Origin: Candidatus Yanofskybacteria bacterium
GTDB lineage: Bacteria; Patescibacteriota; Minisyncoccia; Minisyncoccales; UBA10102
NCBI GenBank assembly: GCA_030688685.1
Contig: JAUYJF010000006.1
Span: 120 to 64,119 of the forward strand
DNA: 64,000 bases
Direction: 5' to 3'
The first letter of the stretch is position 1. Every line of letters starts with the position of its first letter. Of this stretch, positions 15,503 to 25,811 are shown piece by piece. Below the pieces are notes generated by a model. The model had not been told where the DNA came from. It made no database searches and was given only the letters and a program-made list of their open reading frames with translations. The position numbers and the translations under genes are program-made.

Positions 15503-16552
15503 TTAATGAGTCAGCACCCCTGCCCCAACCATCTCCTCTCCTTTATAGAACACCGCAAACTGCCCTGGAGTTATCGCGCGCTGGGCAGTCTGAAAGGAAA
15601 GGGTGTAGGAATCCTTTCCTGTTTCCGTAAGAGATACGGGAATTGATTGCTGGCGGTAGCGCAGGCGCACTTCCATGTCCAGATCCTGCGGCGCTTGGGG
15701 CAAGAGCCAATGCACGTTCGTCACATGCGCTTTTGCATGCAAGATATCTTTTTCCTGTTTGCTCACCGTAAGAGTGTTATTTAGCAGATCCTTTTCCACC
15801 ACATACCAGGGACCGCCAGACAAACCAATACCTTTTCTTTGTCCAATGGTGTAGTAGAAAGCGCCGTCATGCTCTCCCAATTTCTTGCCGGCTGTATCCA
15901 CGATAGAGCCCTTCTTTGGCTTGATGTACTGGCGCAAAAAGTCCCCGATCTCAATCTTGCCCACAAAACAAATCCCCTGGCTGTCTTTCCGCTCAGCATT
16001 AGGAAGACCGAACTTTTTTGCCATTTTTCTCACTTCGGTCTTTTTGTATTCTCCAATCGGGAAGAGAACCTTTGGTAAAACCTCAGGCCGAATAAAGGAG
16101 AGGAAATAGGACTGATCCTTCTCCTTATCTACACCTTGTAAAATGCGAGGCGCGGTACCATGCCGAGTAATACGGGCATAATGCCCTGTCGCCACATAAT
16201 CTGCCCCCAGAGCCATGGCACGCTCAAAAAAGAGACCGAACTTAATCTCTTTATTGCACATAATGTCCGGATTGGGAGTGAGTCCGCGGCGATATCCCTC
16301 CAGCATGTAATCCACTACTTTGGCGCGATATTCCACCAGGAAATTCCAGACATACAAGGGAATTCCCAGGTGCGCCGCTGCCAGCCTCGCTGACCGCTCA
16401 TCCTCTTGCGAGGTGCACGAGGCGCCTTCTGTCCAGCATTTCATGTATACCCCGATCACCTTGTATCCCTCTTTCCGCAAGAGAGCGGCGGCCACCGAAG
16501 AGTCCACGCCTCCGGAAAGTCCCACAAAAACTGTTTTCCCGTTCTGCTTCAT
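15503..16552 (-). CDS. mnmA: tRNA 2-thiouridine synthase MnmA
   Basis: SGGVDSS, TPNPDIMCN, ATGHYA, KDQSYF, DSQGICF, TIGQRKG. Confidence 0.98.
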   Translation of the reverse strand: MKQNGKTVFVGLSGGVDSSVAAALLRKEGYKVIGVYMKCWTEGASCTSQEDERSARLAAAHLGIPLYVWNFLVEYRAKVVDYMLEGYRRGLTPNPDIMCNKEIKFGLFFERAMALGADYVATGHYARITRHGTAPRILQGVDKEKDQSYFLSFIRPEVLPKVLFPIGEYKKTEVRKMAKKFGLPNAERKDSQGICFVGKIEIGDFLRQYIKPKKGSIVDTAGKKLGEHDGAFYYTIGQRKGIGLSGGPWYVVEKDLLNNTLTVSKQEKDILHAKAHVTNVHWLLPQAPQDLDMEVRLRYRQQSIPVSLTETGKDSYTLSFQTAQRAITPGQFAVFYKGEEMVGAGVLTH

Positions 16553-16632
16553 CTGTTGTATTAAACCACAGAATGTTCAGCAGCGCAAATACGTGCGCGT
16601 ACAGAAAAGAGCAGGCGCTGCGCCCGCTCTTT

Positions 16633-16899
16633 TCAAGGTACAAAACTGACATTCTGACAGGAGAGGGCGGTTTTAACACCCTCCATGTCTTGCTCTGGTA
16701 CAGACTGGTAGTCAAAGAGGAGCAGCCCATCTGATGGATACTCCTCAGTGAGCTTGTACCCTATAACATGGATACGCTCCTCCTTCTCGCCCAAGACCAT
16801 GCGCCAGAGCACAACCCGTCCCTGCCAAGGCAGTTCTTGGACTTGCTCTAACCCATCGCTTGCCCCTTTTAGGAATGCGGGCATGCTTCGTCTTTTCAC
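16633..16899 (-). CDS. Hypothetical protein (88 aa)
   Basis: GTG start with AAAGGAG RBS; followed by a hairpin terminator at 16605-16633. Confidence 0.55.
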   Translation of the reverse strand: MKRRSMPAFLKGASDGLEQVQELPWQGRVVLWRMVLGEKEERIHVIGYKLTEEYPSDGLLLFDYQSVPEQDMEGVKTALSCQNVSFVP

Positions 16900-16911
16900 G
16901 TTGGGTCTCCT

Positions 16912-17424
16912 TTACGTGAATTTGTCTGCAACGGAAGAAGCCACAAAGGACTCTGGCTTAATGCGCGGTTCAAATCCGTTGCCCCGAATCAATCCTGTAA
17001 TCTCTTTGATCATATCCCGCGTAAGTCCGTTCTGCCCCACATCCGCGTGGATGTATTCAAACGCCCAATCAATACCCTCCCCTTCCTGCTCCATAAACTT
17101 TACGAAATTCTCTCTCAGCCACAGAGCAAGCTCGCATGAGAGTAAAACCTCTTGAAGAATTCTGTCATGCAGATTGTAAAACCGACGGGGAGCGGGATAT
17201 TGGACCCGTTTAATAAAAAACCTCCCGCCTTCCCCTTTTCGCACCACAACAATAACGACAGGAAAGGTTGGGGTTTCTTCAGCTGAGGAATCGCATCCGA
17301 CAATCACTTCATAGCGCAAAGCAGGACGCTCTTTCATGTACGAGAGCATTTCCTTTAAGACTTCATCCACACCCATATTGCCCTTGGTAGGGTTGTAAAA
17401 CATCCCTTGAAGAACATCATTCAT
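16912..17424 (-). CDS. RNase H-like YkuK (DUF458) family protein
   Basis: VIVGCDS, RILQEV, IHADVGQNG, IKPESFVASSVADKFT. Confidence 0.85.
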   Translation of the reverse strand: MNDVLQGMFYNPTKGNMGVDEVLKEMLSYMKERPALRYEVIVGCDSSAEETPTFPVVIVVVRKGEGGRFFIKRVQYPAPRRFYNLHDRILQEVLLSCELALWLRENFVKFMEQEGEGIDWAFEYIHADVGQNGLTRDMIKEITGLIRGNGFEPRIKPESFVASSVADKFT

Positions 17425-17441
17425 AGTAGCGCCTGCTCATT

Positions 17442-18158
17442 CTATACCTCTTCTGCCTGCTTGACAAGTTGGAGAAACTCTTGCGCGCGAAGAGACGCGC
17501 TCCCTACTGCCACACCGTCCGCCTCCCCATCTCGCAAGAATGAGGCCGCGTTGGAAGCGTCCACGCTTCCGCCATACAGAATACGCGCGCCGCAAGCCGC
17601 CTCTCGCATGCGCCCAATAGCTTCTTTCGCTTCTTCTGGACGCGCGGGCTCTCCTCCCTCGCTTGTACTGATCGCCCATACAGGTTCATACACCAAAAAG
17701 AGACGGGCTCTATCTTCCTTGGAAACTCCCGCGAGCACCCGCTCCATGGAATCCGCGAGCCCTTTTCCTGTTTGAGACCTGTCTTCCTCTCCGATCAGAA
17801 CAATGGGAATAAGGCCTGCTCCAAGAGCCGCCTGAACTTTTTTATTCACCATTTCCCGTGTCTCTCCCAAGTGGATCCTGCGCTCTGAATGCCCGAGAAG
17901 AACATACGAGCATCCCATGCTCTTGAGCTGGGCGGGCGAAACCTCCCCGGTGTACGCTCCTTCCTGTTCCCAGAAACAATCCTGAGCGCCAAGCGACACT
18001 CCAGGAGCAGCATCACGCACGAGATGGAGAAAAGGAAAAGGAGGGCACAGGATTATCTCTGCTCTGGCAACACGCTGAATCTCCTGCGCCAAGCTCCTTG
18101 CCTCTTCCGCGGAAGTCGGGTTCATCTTCCAGTTTGCTACAATATATTTTTTATTCAT
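17442..18158 (-). CDS. tpiA: Triosephosphate isomerase
   Basis: ANWKMN, GHSERR, YEPVWAI, LYGGSV. Confidence 0.97.
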   Translation of the reverse strand: MNKKYIVANWKMNPTSAEEARSLAQEIQRVARAEIILCPPFPFLHLVRDAAPGVSLGAQDCFWEQEGAYTGEVSPAQLKSMGCSYVLLGHSERRIHLGETREMVNKKVQAALGAGLIPIVLIGEEDRSQTGKGLADSMERVLAGVSKEDRARLFLVYEPVWAISTSEGGEPARPEEAKEAIGRMREAACGARILYGGSVDASNAASFLRDGEADGVAVGSASLRAQEFLQLVKQAEEV

Positions 18159-18789
18159 GGTTTTGCATATGGCGTTCCTGGCGAATCAAGCGAATATGCC
18201 TTCTGACCCACCAGGTAATAAAGAGAGTCGCGGCAATCAGAACAAGAATATCCACCTGTTTAAAGTATGCACTCATTGTATCCCAATTCTCTCCAACCAC
18301 AACACCAAGATACGTGAGAACAGCAGAATAGAGGAATGAGCCTACAAATACATAGAGGATAAAAGGCAGGACGCGCATCCTCGCCACTCCGGCCGGGATG
18401 GGAATAAACCCACGAAGCCCCGGAATAAGGCGGGAAAAAAAGATAATTGGGATTCCGTATTTCTGAAAAACACGCCACGCTTGATCAATGTCATGACGCG
18501 TCACAAACATATACTTGCCGTATTTATAGAGAAAAGGCAGTCCCAGATAGCGGGCTACAGAATAGGAAAAAAGAGTCCCCGCGATATTTCCCAAAGCTCC
18601 AACCAAGGCGACCATCCAAAGAGAAAAACGCTCCTGGGCAACCAAATACCCGGAAAATGGGAGAATGATTTCTGAAGGAAGCGGAAAAAATGAGCCCTCC
18701 AAGGCCATGAGCACAAAAATACCCGCGTACCCACCCGTGTCTATGACACTGAGAATAAAGTTGGTAATGCCTCCGACGATCTGATCCAT
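18151..18789 (-). CDS. DedA family membrane protein
   Basis: PLPSEIILPFSG, RLIPGLRGFIPIPAG. Confidence 0.92.
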   Translation of the reverse strand: MDQIVGGITNFILSVIDTGGYAGIFVLMALEGSFFPLPSEIILPFSGYLVAQERFSLWMVALVGALGNIAGTLFSYSVARYLGLPFLYKYGKYMFVTRHDIDQAWRVFQKYGIPIIFFSRLIPGLRGFIPIPAGVARMRVLPFILYVFVGSFLYSAVLTYLGVVVGENWDTMSAYFKQVDILVLIAATLFITWWVRRHIRLIRQERHMQNHE

Positions 18790-18792
18790 ACG

Positions 18793-19857
18793 CTATTGCT
18801 TCCTGAGGAATTCAGCTGCTTTTTCCGGTTCAATCGTAGAAATCTCAATGCCCGTTCCCAATTCAAATCCGGCCCATGTGCCGGTCTTGGGGAGGATCTC
18901 TATGTGCCAATGATAGAGCGCGTACTCTCCCCCGTCCGGTGGGGCGGTATGAATGAAATAGTTGTAATCAGGGTCTCCCAAGCCCTTGGAGATCGCGCGC
19001 AGGGTTTTTTGAAGCGCAAGCGCCAAATCCCATTTCCCCTGCTCGGTAATGCCCTCAAAGTGCGCGGCATGCTCCTTTGGGTAAATCCTCGCTTCAAAGG
19101 CAACCCGGGAAGCAAAAGGACAGAGCGCCACAAAATGTTCGTTTTCATAAATAACGCGCGATTCATCTTTAATATCCCACGAGATCATGGCGCAATACGC
19201 GCAGGTTCCGGTGGCATCATGAAACTCCCGCAGTCCTTGAAGAGCCACATCCATGCCGGGACTTGTGGCAGGTATGGCAATAATTTGGGAATGCGGATGG
19301 GCAATGGAAGCTCCAGCTTCCTTTCCCTTATTTTTGAATATGGCAATATAGTGCACAAAGTCCTGTTGCTGGAGTTCCAGGTAGCGCGCGTGATACACGT
19401 CAATGAGCTCCTTTGTCTGCTCCTGAGAAAACTGGGAAATATCCTCTTGGTGATGCTTGGTAATAACCACTTCATGGAACCCCACTCCTTCCATTATTTG
19501 GTAGGGACCAATGAGATTGGTTTTCCACTGAAAGTTTTCTTGCGGGATAAACGCGGGATACTTATTCAAAAGGGAAATCGTGGTCCACTTTTCGGGGACT
19601 GTTCCATTGGAAGGAAGCTCTACCTGTTTTCCTTTGAAAAACGCGGCAGTGGGAGCTTCCTGATCAGTCAGATCCTCAAAAGGACAAGACTCTTTTCCGT
19701 TGAGCTCCTGTTGTTTCTTTTCCTGCTGAAAGCTTCCGGGCTTTCTCGCGCGTCCTGTGGCAATAGCAACCCAGCCACGCGAAATGACATCATACCTCAG
19801 CTCTGAGGGAGTTTGCGCTGCTTTATACCACTTGTGATTTCCGTTGAATTCTGCCAT
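18793..19857 (-). CDS. galT: Galactose-1-phosphate uridylyltransferase
   Basis: NKYPA, GFHEVVI, GASIAHPHSQ, HWHIEI, AGFELGTG. Confidence 0.93.
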   Translation of the reverse strand: MAEFNGNHKWYKAAQTPSELRYDVISRGWVAIATGRARKPGSFQQEKKQQELNGKESCPFEDLTDQEAPTAAFFKGKQVELPSNGTVPEKWTTISLLNKYPAFIPQENFQWKTNLIGPYQIMEGVGFHEVVITKHHQEDISQFSQEQTKELIDVYHARYLELQQQDFVHYIAIFKNKGKEAGASIAHPHSQIIAIPATSPGMDVALQGLREFHDATGTCAYCAMISWDIKDESRVIYENEHFVALCPFASRVAFEARIYPKEHAAHFEGITEQGKWDLALALQKTLRAISKGLGDPDYNYFIHTAPPDGGEYALYHWHIEILPKTGTWAGFELGTGIEISTIEPEKAAEFLRKQ

Positions 19858-20569
19858 AGACATTCAGTATGCTGTTCCAGCGAATCTTCAGCACTTCTCC
19901 CAGCATATTCACCATCCCACTCAGCTTTACTTTGCTGTTTGGATCATTGATCCACGTCACGGGAATCTCCCGAATACCGTACCCAAGCTTTTTTGCGAGC
20001 ACCAGCGCCTCCACGTCAAAGGCCCAACGGTCAATGCGAGTCCTCGCGAAAATATCCTCTGCGGCTTTCGCGGTGAATCCCTTAAATCCGCACTGAGTAT
20101 CCCAGTATCCCCACAGTCCTGAGAACGCTTGGACAATAATGTTAAAGACATCCCCGAGCCGCTGGCGAATCCACGGCTGGCGGACCGCGATAACAGATTC
20201 CTTGAGATCACGGGAACCAATCACCACCTCATACCCCTGCTCAAGCTCCGGCCACATGCGCTCAACCTGATCCACGGAAGTTGCGTTGTCAGCGTCCATA
20301 AAGAGCCGGAGGTCTCCCTTTGCCTCCAGCATTCCCTGGCGAACCACATACCCCTTCCCGTGATTCTGCTTGTTGTCCAAGAGGATAAGATTCTGGATGC
20401 GCTTCTGAGCGCTCTTTACCATGCCTGCCGTCCCATCTTTTGAGCCGTCATTCACTACAATAATTTCGTACTCATAGGGTTGGCGTTTGAGATACTTATC
20501 AACTTCTTCAAGAGTTTTCGGAAGCCGGCTCTCTTCATTGTACGCGGGAATGATAACAGATAAACGCAT
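19823..20569 (-). CDS. GT2 glycosyltransferase (dolichyl-phosphate glucosyltransferase-like)
   Basis: IIPAYNE, DGSKD, GKG, FMDAD, DTQCGFK. Confidence 0.92.
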   Translation of the reverse strand: MRLSVIIPAYNEESRLPKTLEEVDKYLKRQPYEYEIIVVNDGSKDGTAGMVKSAQKRIQNLILLDNKQNHGKGYVVRQGMLEAKGDLRLFMDADNATSVDQVERMWPELEQGYEVVIGSRDLKESVIAVRQPWIRQRLGDVFNIIVQAFSGLWGYWDTQCGFKGFTAKAAEDIFARTRIDRWAFDVEALVLAKKLGYGIREIPVTWINDPNSKVKLSGMVNMLGEVLKIRWNSILNVYGRIQRKSQVV

Positions 20570-20632
20570 TCAGCTAGTATAGCAAATCCAAAAGAAAAAC
20601 AGAATCCTGTTCAGGGTTCTGTTTTCACTTTG

Positions 20633-21379
20633 CTAATCCCTCGTAAGAACTTTGGGACCACTTGCTGTAATAGCTATGGTATCTTCAAAATGCGCTGAAA
20701 GCTTTTCATCCCTTGTAGAATAGGTCTGGCCGTCTTTCTCCAGTTTGAGATGGTAGGCGCCCGCGGTAATCATAGGTTCAATACAGATGACCATGCCTTC
20801 TTTCAGCTTCTCCCCTGTTTTCCGCTGTCCGTAGTTTGGGATCTGAGGATCTTCATGAAGATCGCGGCCAATCCCATGCCCGCACAATTCACGGACTATT
20901 CCGTATCCTTGTCCCTCCACATACCGCTGGATAGTATTCCCGAGATCCCCGATGGTGTTTCCTGGTTTTGCTTTCTTTACGCCCAAGCGCAACGCTGTTT
21001 TCGCGACGCGAACAAGGCGGCTTGCTTCTGGGTCCACTTTGCCCACAGGGAAAGTTCGCGCCATATCCAAATAGAGTCCCTTCCAAATCAAGCCAATATC
21101 CAGAGATACGATATCCCCCTCTTTCAGTGTTCTTTCAGTGGGAACTCCGTGCACAACTTGCTCATTTACAGAAACGCAAATATTTCCGGGAAACCCATGA
21201 TATCCCTGAAAGGCAATCTGAGCTCCCTTTTCTTTGATGAGTTTTCCCGCAAGCGCGTCAAGCTCCTTTTCCCGAATGCCGGGCGCTACGTTCTTCTTGA
21301 GTTCCTTCATGACCTCAGAAAGCATGCGCCCTCCTTCCGCCATAGAGCGCAGCTCTTCCTTTGTCTTCAGAGAGATCAT
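20633..21379 (-). CDS. map: Methionine aminopeptidase type I
   Basis: VVHGVP, CGHGIGRDLHEDP, IEPMI, SAHFEDT. Confidence 0.97.
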   Translation of the reverse strand: MISLKTKEELRSMAEGGRMLSEVMKELKKNVAPGIREKELDALAGKLIKEKGAQIAFQGYHGFPGNICVSVNEQVVHGVPTERTLKEGDIVSLDIGLIWKGLYLDMARTFPVGKVDPEASRLVRVAKTALRLGVKKAKPGNTIGDLGNTIQRYVEGQGYGIVRELCGHGIGRDLHEDPQIPNYGQRKTGEKLKEGMVICIEPMITAGAYHLKLEKDGQTYSTRDEKLSAHFEDTIAITASGPKVLTRD

Positions 21380-21945
21380 TATAAGGCGAGTTTCTGGAGA
21401 ATTTCCTGTTCCACTTCATCCATCGTCTGTTCTCCATTGATTTCAATAAGATTCCCTTTTTTTCTATAATACTCTACAACAGGTTCCACTTCTTGACGAT
21501 ACCAACGCAGGCGTTCTTGAATCGCCTCTTGTGTGTCGTCATGCCGTTCTCTTTCAAGGAGGCGTCGGATAGCTTCCTCGTCAGAAAGATTCAAGTAAAG
21601 AACTTTGAAATCGCCCGCAAGTCCATAAAATCCAAGAGCTTCATCGAGAAGATGTGCTTCATACACCTTTCTTGGGCTCCCTTCAAATATAATTCCTCCA
21701 AGGTCGCTGTTCCCTTGGATCGTTTCAAGCTCATGAAGCCAGAGATGGAAAATAATAGGGGTTGGAATTAATCCACCTCGATCTAAAACCGCTTTGATTT
21801 GCCGCCCGGCAAAATCATCCACCTTTGCGCGAGCACGCAATAATTCGCCAGAACTGATTATTCTCAGGTTATATCTTTTCGCGAGCCGTTCTACCTGTGT
21901 CCCCTTTCCCGATCCTGATTTTCCCAGTACCGCAAATATCTTCAT
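21379..21945 (-). CDS. adk: Adenylate kinase (short, LID-less)
   Basis: GKSGSGKGTQ, SSGELLR, RHDD; located between secY and map. Confidence 0.93.
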   Translation of the reverse strand: MKIFAVLGKSGSGKGTQVERLAKRYNLRIISSGELLRARAKVDDFAGRQIKAVLDRGGLIPTPIIFHLWLHELETIQGNSDLGGIIFEGSPRKVYEAHLLDEALGFYGLAGDFKVLYLNLSDEEAIRRLLERERHDDTQEAIQERLRWYRQEVEPVVEYYRKKGNLIEINGEQTMDEVEQEILQKLAL

Positions 21946-21951
21946 ATGCAC

Positions 21952-23232
21952 CTAAAACGTGTCGTACTCCCGCATTTGTAATTGCGCGCGCAGTTGGCGA
22001 AGAGTCTCCAAAACCACGTTCACAATAATGAGGACGGCGGTTCCACCCACAAGAAACTCAAAAGCAGCCACATCCGTAAGCCCTTGAATGACAGATGGCA
22101 TAACCGCGATCGTGGCCAAGAACAGAGCTCCCGTTACTAAGATCCTATTGAGAATATGCGAAAGGAATTTTGTGGTAGGAGTTCCGGGCCTCACTCCGGG
22201 AATAAATCCTCCCATTTTCTGGAGATTGGAAGAAATGGACTTGGGGTCAAAGGTTACGGCCGTGTAGAAAAAGGTAAACATAATGACCAGGCCAAAGTAC
22301 ATGAGCCCGGTAGCCCAGGGATTCGTAAAGAAGCTTTGCGCCGCGAGAGCGATCTGTCCGAGAATTCCGGGAGCGGCAACAAAGAAGGACGCTATCATTC
22401 CGGGAAACGTAAGAAGAGCCAGGGCAAAGATAATGGGAATAACGCCCGCGGGATTCACCGAAAGCGGAAGATAGGTGGAAGCTCCTCCGAACATTTTATT
22501 TCCCCGGACTCGCTTCGCGTATGACACGGGAATGTTCCGCCTTGCCTGTGTTACGTACACGACTCCCGCGATAATGGCGAGCGCCATGCAAAAGAAGAGA
22601 ATAAAGATCGGGAGACGCGCGGGATCCCAAAGAAAAGCAAACTGCGTGATCTGCTGGGGAACCATGGCGACAATCCCCGCAAAGATGAGAAGGGATACCC
22701 CGTTCCCGATTCCCTTTTCTGAAATAAGCTCTCCCAGCCACACCAGAAGCATGGTGCCTGCCGCGATTACCGTCAAAGCACCCAGCAGATGGAGAATCCC
22801 CATAGAAGCCACAACCCCCTGCTGTGTTAGGAGCATCAAGAATCCGTATCCCTGCACATAGGCAAAGGGAACAGTAAGCATGCGTCCGTACTGGTTGAAT
22901 TTCTGGCGCCCCTGTTCTCCCTCTTCCTTGTACAAACGGTTGAGCGCGGGAAAAATCATGGTCAGGAGCTGCATGATAATGGTGGCGGTAATATAGGGGC
23001 CTAATCCAAGCATGACAATAGACAAGCTGTCCATTGTCCCGCCCGTAAACAGGTTCAAAAGTCCGAAGATCTGGTTGCCTTCAAAGAATTCCCGCAGGCG
23101 GAGAGCGTCAATTCCGGGAACCGGAATATTCGCCATAATCCGGAAGACGAGAAAGACTCCAAGCACAAATAAAATTCGCCCTCGGAGGTCGTGTATTTTA
23201 AAAACTCTCAATACGTTGGAAAATACTCCCAT
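21952..23232 (-). CDS. secY: Preprotein translocase SecY
   Basis: GLGPYITATII, GIGNGVSLLIFAG, GGFIPGVRPG. Confidence 0.98.
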   Translation of the reverse strand: MGVFSNVLRVFKIHDLRGRILFVLGVFLVFRIMANIPVPGIDALRLREFFEGNQIFGLLNLFTGGTMDSLSIVMLGLGPYITATIIMQLLTMIFPALNRLYKEEGEQGRQKFNQYGRMLTVPFAYVQGYGFLMLLTQQGVVASMGILHLLGALTVIAAGTMLLVWLGELISEKGIGNGVSLLIFAGIVAMVPQQITQFAFLWDPARLPIFILFFCMALAIIAGVVYVTQARRNIPVSYAKRVRGNKMFGGASTYLPLSVNPAGVIPIIFALALLTFPGMIASFFVAAPGILGQIALAAQSFFTNPWATGLMYFGLVIMFTFFYTAVTFDPKSISSNLQKMGGFIPGVRPGTPTTKFLSHILNRILVTGALFLATIAVMPSVIQGLTDVAAFEFLVGGTAVLIIVNVVLETLRQLRAQLQMREYDTF

Positions 23233-23237
23233 AAAAA

Positions 23238-23669
23238 TTAGTCCTGAACTGTGCCTCCCGCTTCAAGAATTTTCTTGCGGGCGGGAGCTGATATTTCGCA
23301 ATCCTGAATCGTGAACGCTTTTGAAATCGCTCCTGTTCCGAGAATCTTCACGCGTGGTTTCTCTGCCTTCATTATACGGAAGGCGCGCTTTTCAATCAAC
23401 GATGCGGGAGAAACGGTTTCCCCGGAAGCAAACAGCTTCTCGAGGGTAAGCACATTGACCTCCTGCGCTTTGTGCTTGGAACTCTGGGTCCTGTACCCTC
23501 TCATCTTCGGGTATCGCTTGATGACTTCCCGGATGGACGGCTTTAAGCGCGCTCCCGCGCGGGATTTCTGGCCCTTCATGCCTCGCCCAGAGTACGTGCC
23601 TTTCTTGCCGCCTCTTCCTACGCGTTTCCTCTGTGTTGTTTGAGTTGTGGTAAGATTATGGATCTGCAT
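23238..23669 (-). CDS. rplO: 50S ribosomal protein L15
   Basis: RVGRGGKKGTYSGRGMKGQKSR. Confidence 0.97.
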   Translation of the reverse strand: MQIHNLTTTQTTQRKRVGRGGKKGTYSGRGMKGQKSRAGARLKPSIREVIKRYPKMRGYRTQSSKHKAQEVNVLTLEKLFASGETVSPASLIEKRAFRIMKAEKPRVKILGTGAISKAFTIQDCEISAPARKKILEAGGTVQD

Positions 23670-23673
23670 ATGC

Positions 23674-24228
23674 TTATGCCTGTTGCGCTGCCGGTGTTTC
23701 AGGCGTCGCGGAAGGAGTATCCGTACTCACAGAAGCAGTTGCCGCCTGCGGTTTGCTGTCTCCGCGCAGTTTCTGAAGGGCCGCGATCACCGCGAGCGCG
23801 TTATTCAATTTATTGTGGGATTTGGAAAGAAACTTTCCTGAGACATTGCGAATTCCCGCCTTTTCGCAGATAACGCGCACAGGACCCCCGGCCACGATTC
23901 CTCTTCCCGCTCTCTGGGGACGGAGGAGAACCCGGGAAGCGGCGAACTTCGCTTCCACTTCATGGGGAATGGTGTGTCCCGCGACAGGGACCGTGACAAG
24001 ATTCTTTTTTGCCTGCTTGCCCGCTTTCTCAATCGCCATGGCAACATCCTTTCCTTTCGCAATGCCAACCCCCACGCGTCCTTTTTTGTCCCCCGCGACT
24101 ACAACAGCGCGGAAACGGAAACGCCGTCCGCCGGCGGCAACACGCGTAACGCGAGCCAAATCAAGAAGCTGAGGATCAAATTCATCCTTTTGGGCGGTAT
24201 ATGGTTTTCTGGCGCGTGTGTCTTTCAT
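23674..24228 (-). CDS. rpsE: 30S ribosomal protein S5
   Basis: RVTRVAAGGRRFRF, GRGIVAGG. Confidence 0.97.
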   Translation of the reverse strand: MKDTRARKPYTAQKDEFDPQLLDLARVTRVAAGGRRFRFRAVVVAGDKKGRVGVGIAKGKDVAMAIEKAGKQAKKNLVTVPVAGHTIPHEVEAKFAASRVLLRPQRAGRGIVAGGPVRVICEKAGIRNVSGKFLSKSHNKLNNALAVIAALQKLRGDSKPQAATASVSTDTPSATPETPAAQQA

Positions 24229-24233
24229 AATAG

Positions 24234-24587
24234 TTAAAAATTCAGGCCTGCCTTGCGTGCCCCATCGGCAACCGCTTTGACGCGCCCATGATAGGTATAT
24301 CCTCTTCGGTCAAAGACAGCAGCTTGTATATTCTTGCTTTTCGCTTTTTCACCAAGCAATGTTCCAATCTCCGCCGCTCTCTCCATTGGTTTCGCGCCTT
24401 TCTTGCTCATGTCGCGATCTGAAACAGAAGCAAGCGTATGCCCTTTGGTGTCGTCAATGAGCTGGGCATACAAATGCTGGTTGGAACGGAATACCACAAG
24501 ACGCGGGCGCTCCGGGGTCCCCGCGATCTTTGCCCGGATTCTTGCATGCCTCCGCGCGCGCTTCTCTTCTTTCAATTGCGTGTTCAT
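24234..24587 (-). CDS. rplR: 50S ribosomal protein L18
   Basis: [22 protein letters not shown]. Confidence 0.98.
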   Translation of the reverse strand: MNTQLKEEKRARRHARIRAKIAGTPERPRLVVFRSNQHLYAQLIDDTKGHTLASVSDRDMSKKGAKPMERAAEIGTLLGEKAKSKNIQAAVFDRRGYTYHGRVKAVADGARKAGLNF

Positions 24588-24593
24588 AGTATA

Positions 24594-25154
24594 TTATTTT
24601 GTAGCTCCCGCCTTCTTTCCTTCTTTTCTGCGCACCCGTTCTCCTTCATATTTGATCCCCTTTCCTTTATAGGGTTCCGCGGGCCTCGTTGACCGAATCT
24701 GCGCGGCCCATTTGCCAACCTCCTCTTTATCAATGCCAGATACGGTTACGACATTCTTCTCAACAGCAAAGACAATGCCGGGAGCAGCTTCAAACCGCAC
24801 CGGATGCGTAAACCCCACAGAGAGTACGAGGGCCGTTCCCTCGAGGGCAGCCTTATATCCAATACCTTCAATTTCCAGCTTCTTTTCATACCCCTCGGTC
24901 ACTCCTTTCACCATATTGTCCAGCAAAGTGCGGGAAAGTCCCCAAAGCGCTTTCGCCTTGAGCGCTTCTCTGCCCTTGCGTTCAGGATACGCCGGCTCCA
25001 CAATCAAAGTTCCGTCTTGCTGTTGAACTTTGATCTCAGGTCGGATTTCACGGGAAAGCTTGCCCTTGGGCCCCTGGATAGTCACCAGGGTTCCCTCAAG
25101 GGCGACTTGCACCCCGGGCGGTATTTGAATTGGTCGTTTTCCTATTCTGCTCAT
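24594..25154 (-). CDS. rplF: 50S ribosomal protein L6
   Basis: MSRIGKRPI, GPKG, EPYKGKGI. Confidence 0.98.
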   Translation of the reverse strand: MSRIGKRPIQIPPGVQVALEGTLVTIQGPKGKLSREIRPEIKVQQQDGTLIVEPAYPERKGREALKAKALWGLSRTLLDNMVKGVTEGYEKKLEIEGIGYKAALEGTALVLSVGFTHPVRFEAAPGIVFAVEKNVVTVSGIDKEEVGKWAAQIRSTRPAEPYKGKGIKYEGERVRRKEGKKAGATK

Positions 25155-25161
25155 ATGCGTG

Positions 25162-25551
25162 TTACCAAATTTCACACAATAATTCCCCACCGATATTTTT
25201 TCGCTTCGCGTCTGTCTCCGTCATGATTCCGTGGGACGTGGAAAGAATCGCCATGCCTCTCCCGGTCTTCGCTTTGGCGATCCCCAACATTCCCGCGTAC
25301 ACCCTGAGACCCGGCTTGGAAACACGCTTGATGCCCGTAATAGCCGGCCTTCCGTCCTGATACTGCAGCTCAATCAGAATAATCTTTTTCGCCTGACGCC
25401 CCTTAAATTCCACGTTTTTAACGAATCCCTTTTTCTCTAAAATCTTTGCCACCGCGTATTTCAAGCGGGAAAAGGGAACTTCAACCGTGTGCTTTTTGAC
25501 GGTCTGGGCGTTGCGAATGCGGGTGAGCATGTCTGCGATTGGGTCTACCAT
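25162..25551 (-). CDS. rpsH: 30S ribosomal protein S8
   Basis: [27 protein letters not shown]. Confidence 0.98.
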   Translation of the reverse strand: MVDPIADMLTRIRNAQTVKKHTVEVPFSRLKYAVAKILEKKGFVKNVEFKGRQAKKIILIELQYQDGRPAITGIKRVSKPGLRVYAGMLGIAKAKTGRGMAILSTSHGIMTETDAKRKNIGGELLCEIW

Positions 25552-25730
25552 GATGCTTTTCTAATTCCTGGAATTAATCCTTGATTCGCGAGTTCTCGGA
25601 AACAAATTCTGCACAAATTAAAATCACGAAGATATCCATGTTTTCGTCCGCACCGAAAGCAGCGGCGAATGGTTCGCGACTGAAACTTTGGTTTTCGCTT
25701 TGCGCGCGCGATAACTGATTTCTTTGCCAT
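25545..25730 (-). CDS. rpsN: 30S ribosomal protein S14 (Zn-binding type Z)
   Basis: RCFRCGR...[10 protein letters not shown]. Confidence 0.97.
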   Translation of the reverse strand: MAKKSVIARAKRKPKFQSRTIRRCFRCGRKHGYLRDFNLCRICFRELANQGLIPGIRKASW

Positions 25731-25811
25731 ATCTGAATATTTTTGAAGAATAAGGAAAATTTATTTTACGTGATTCTGAGAAAATATGAAAGATATATCG
25801 GAACGTATATA

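Noticed and set aside
18796-19806. 336-aa plus-strand ORF, and similar long antisense ORFs (20750-21469, 61627-62358, 61-315)
   Set aside because: These are shadows of well-supported minus-strand genes (galT, map/adk, atpA, murA).
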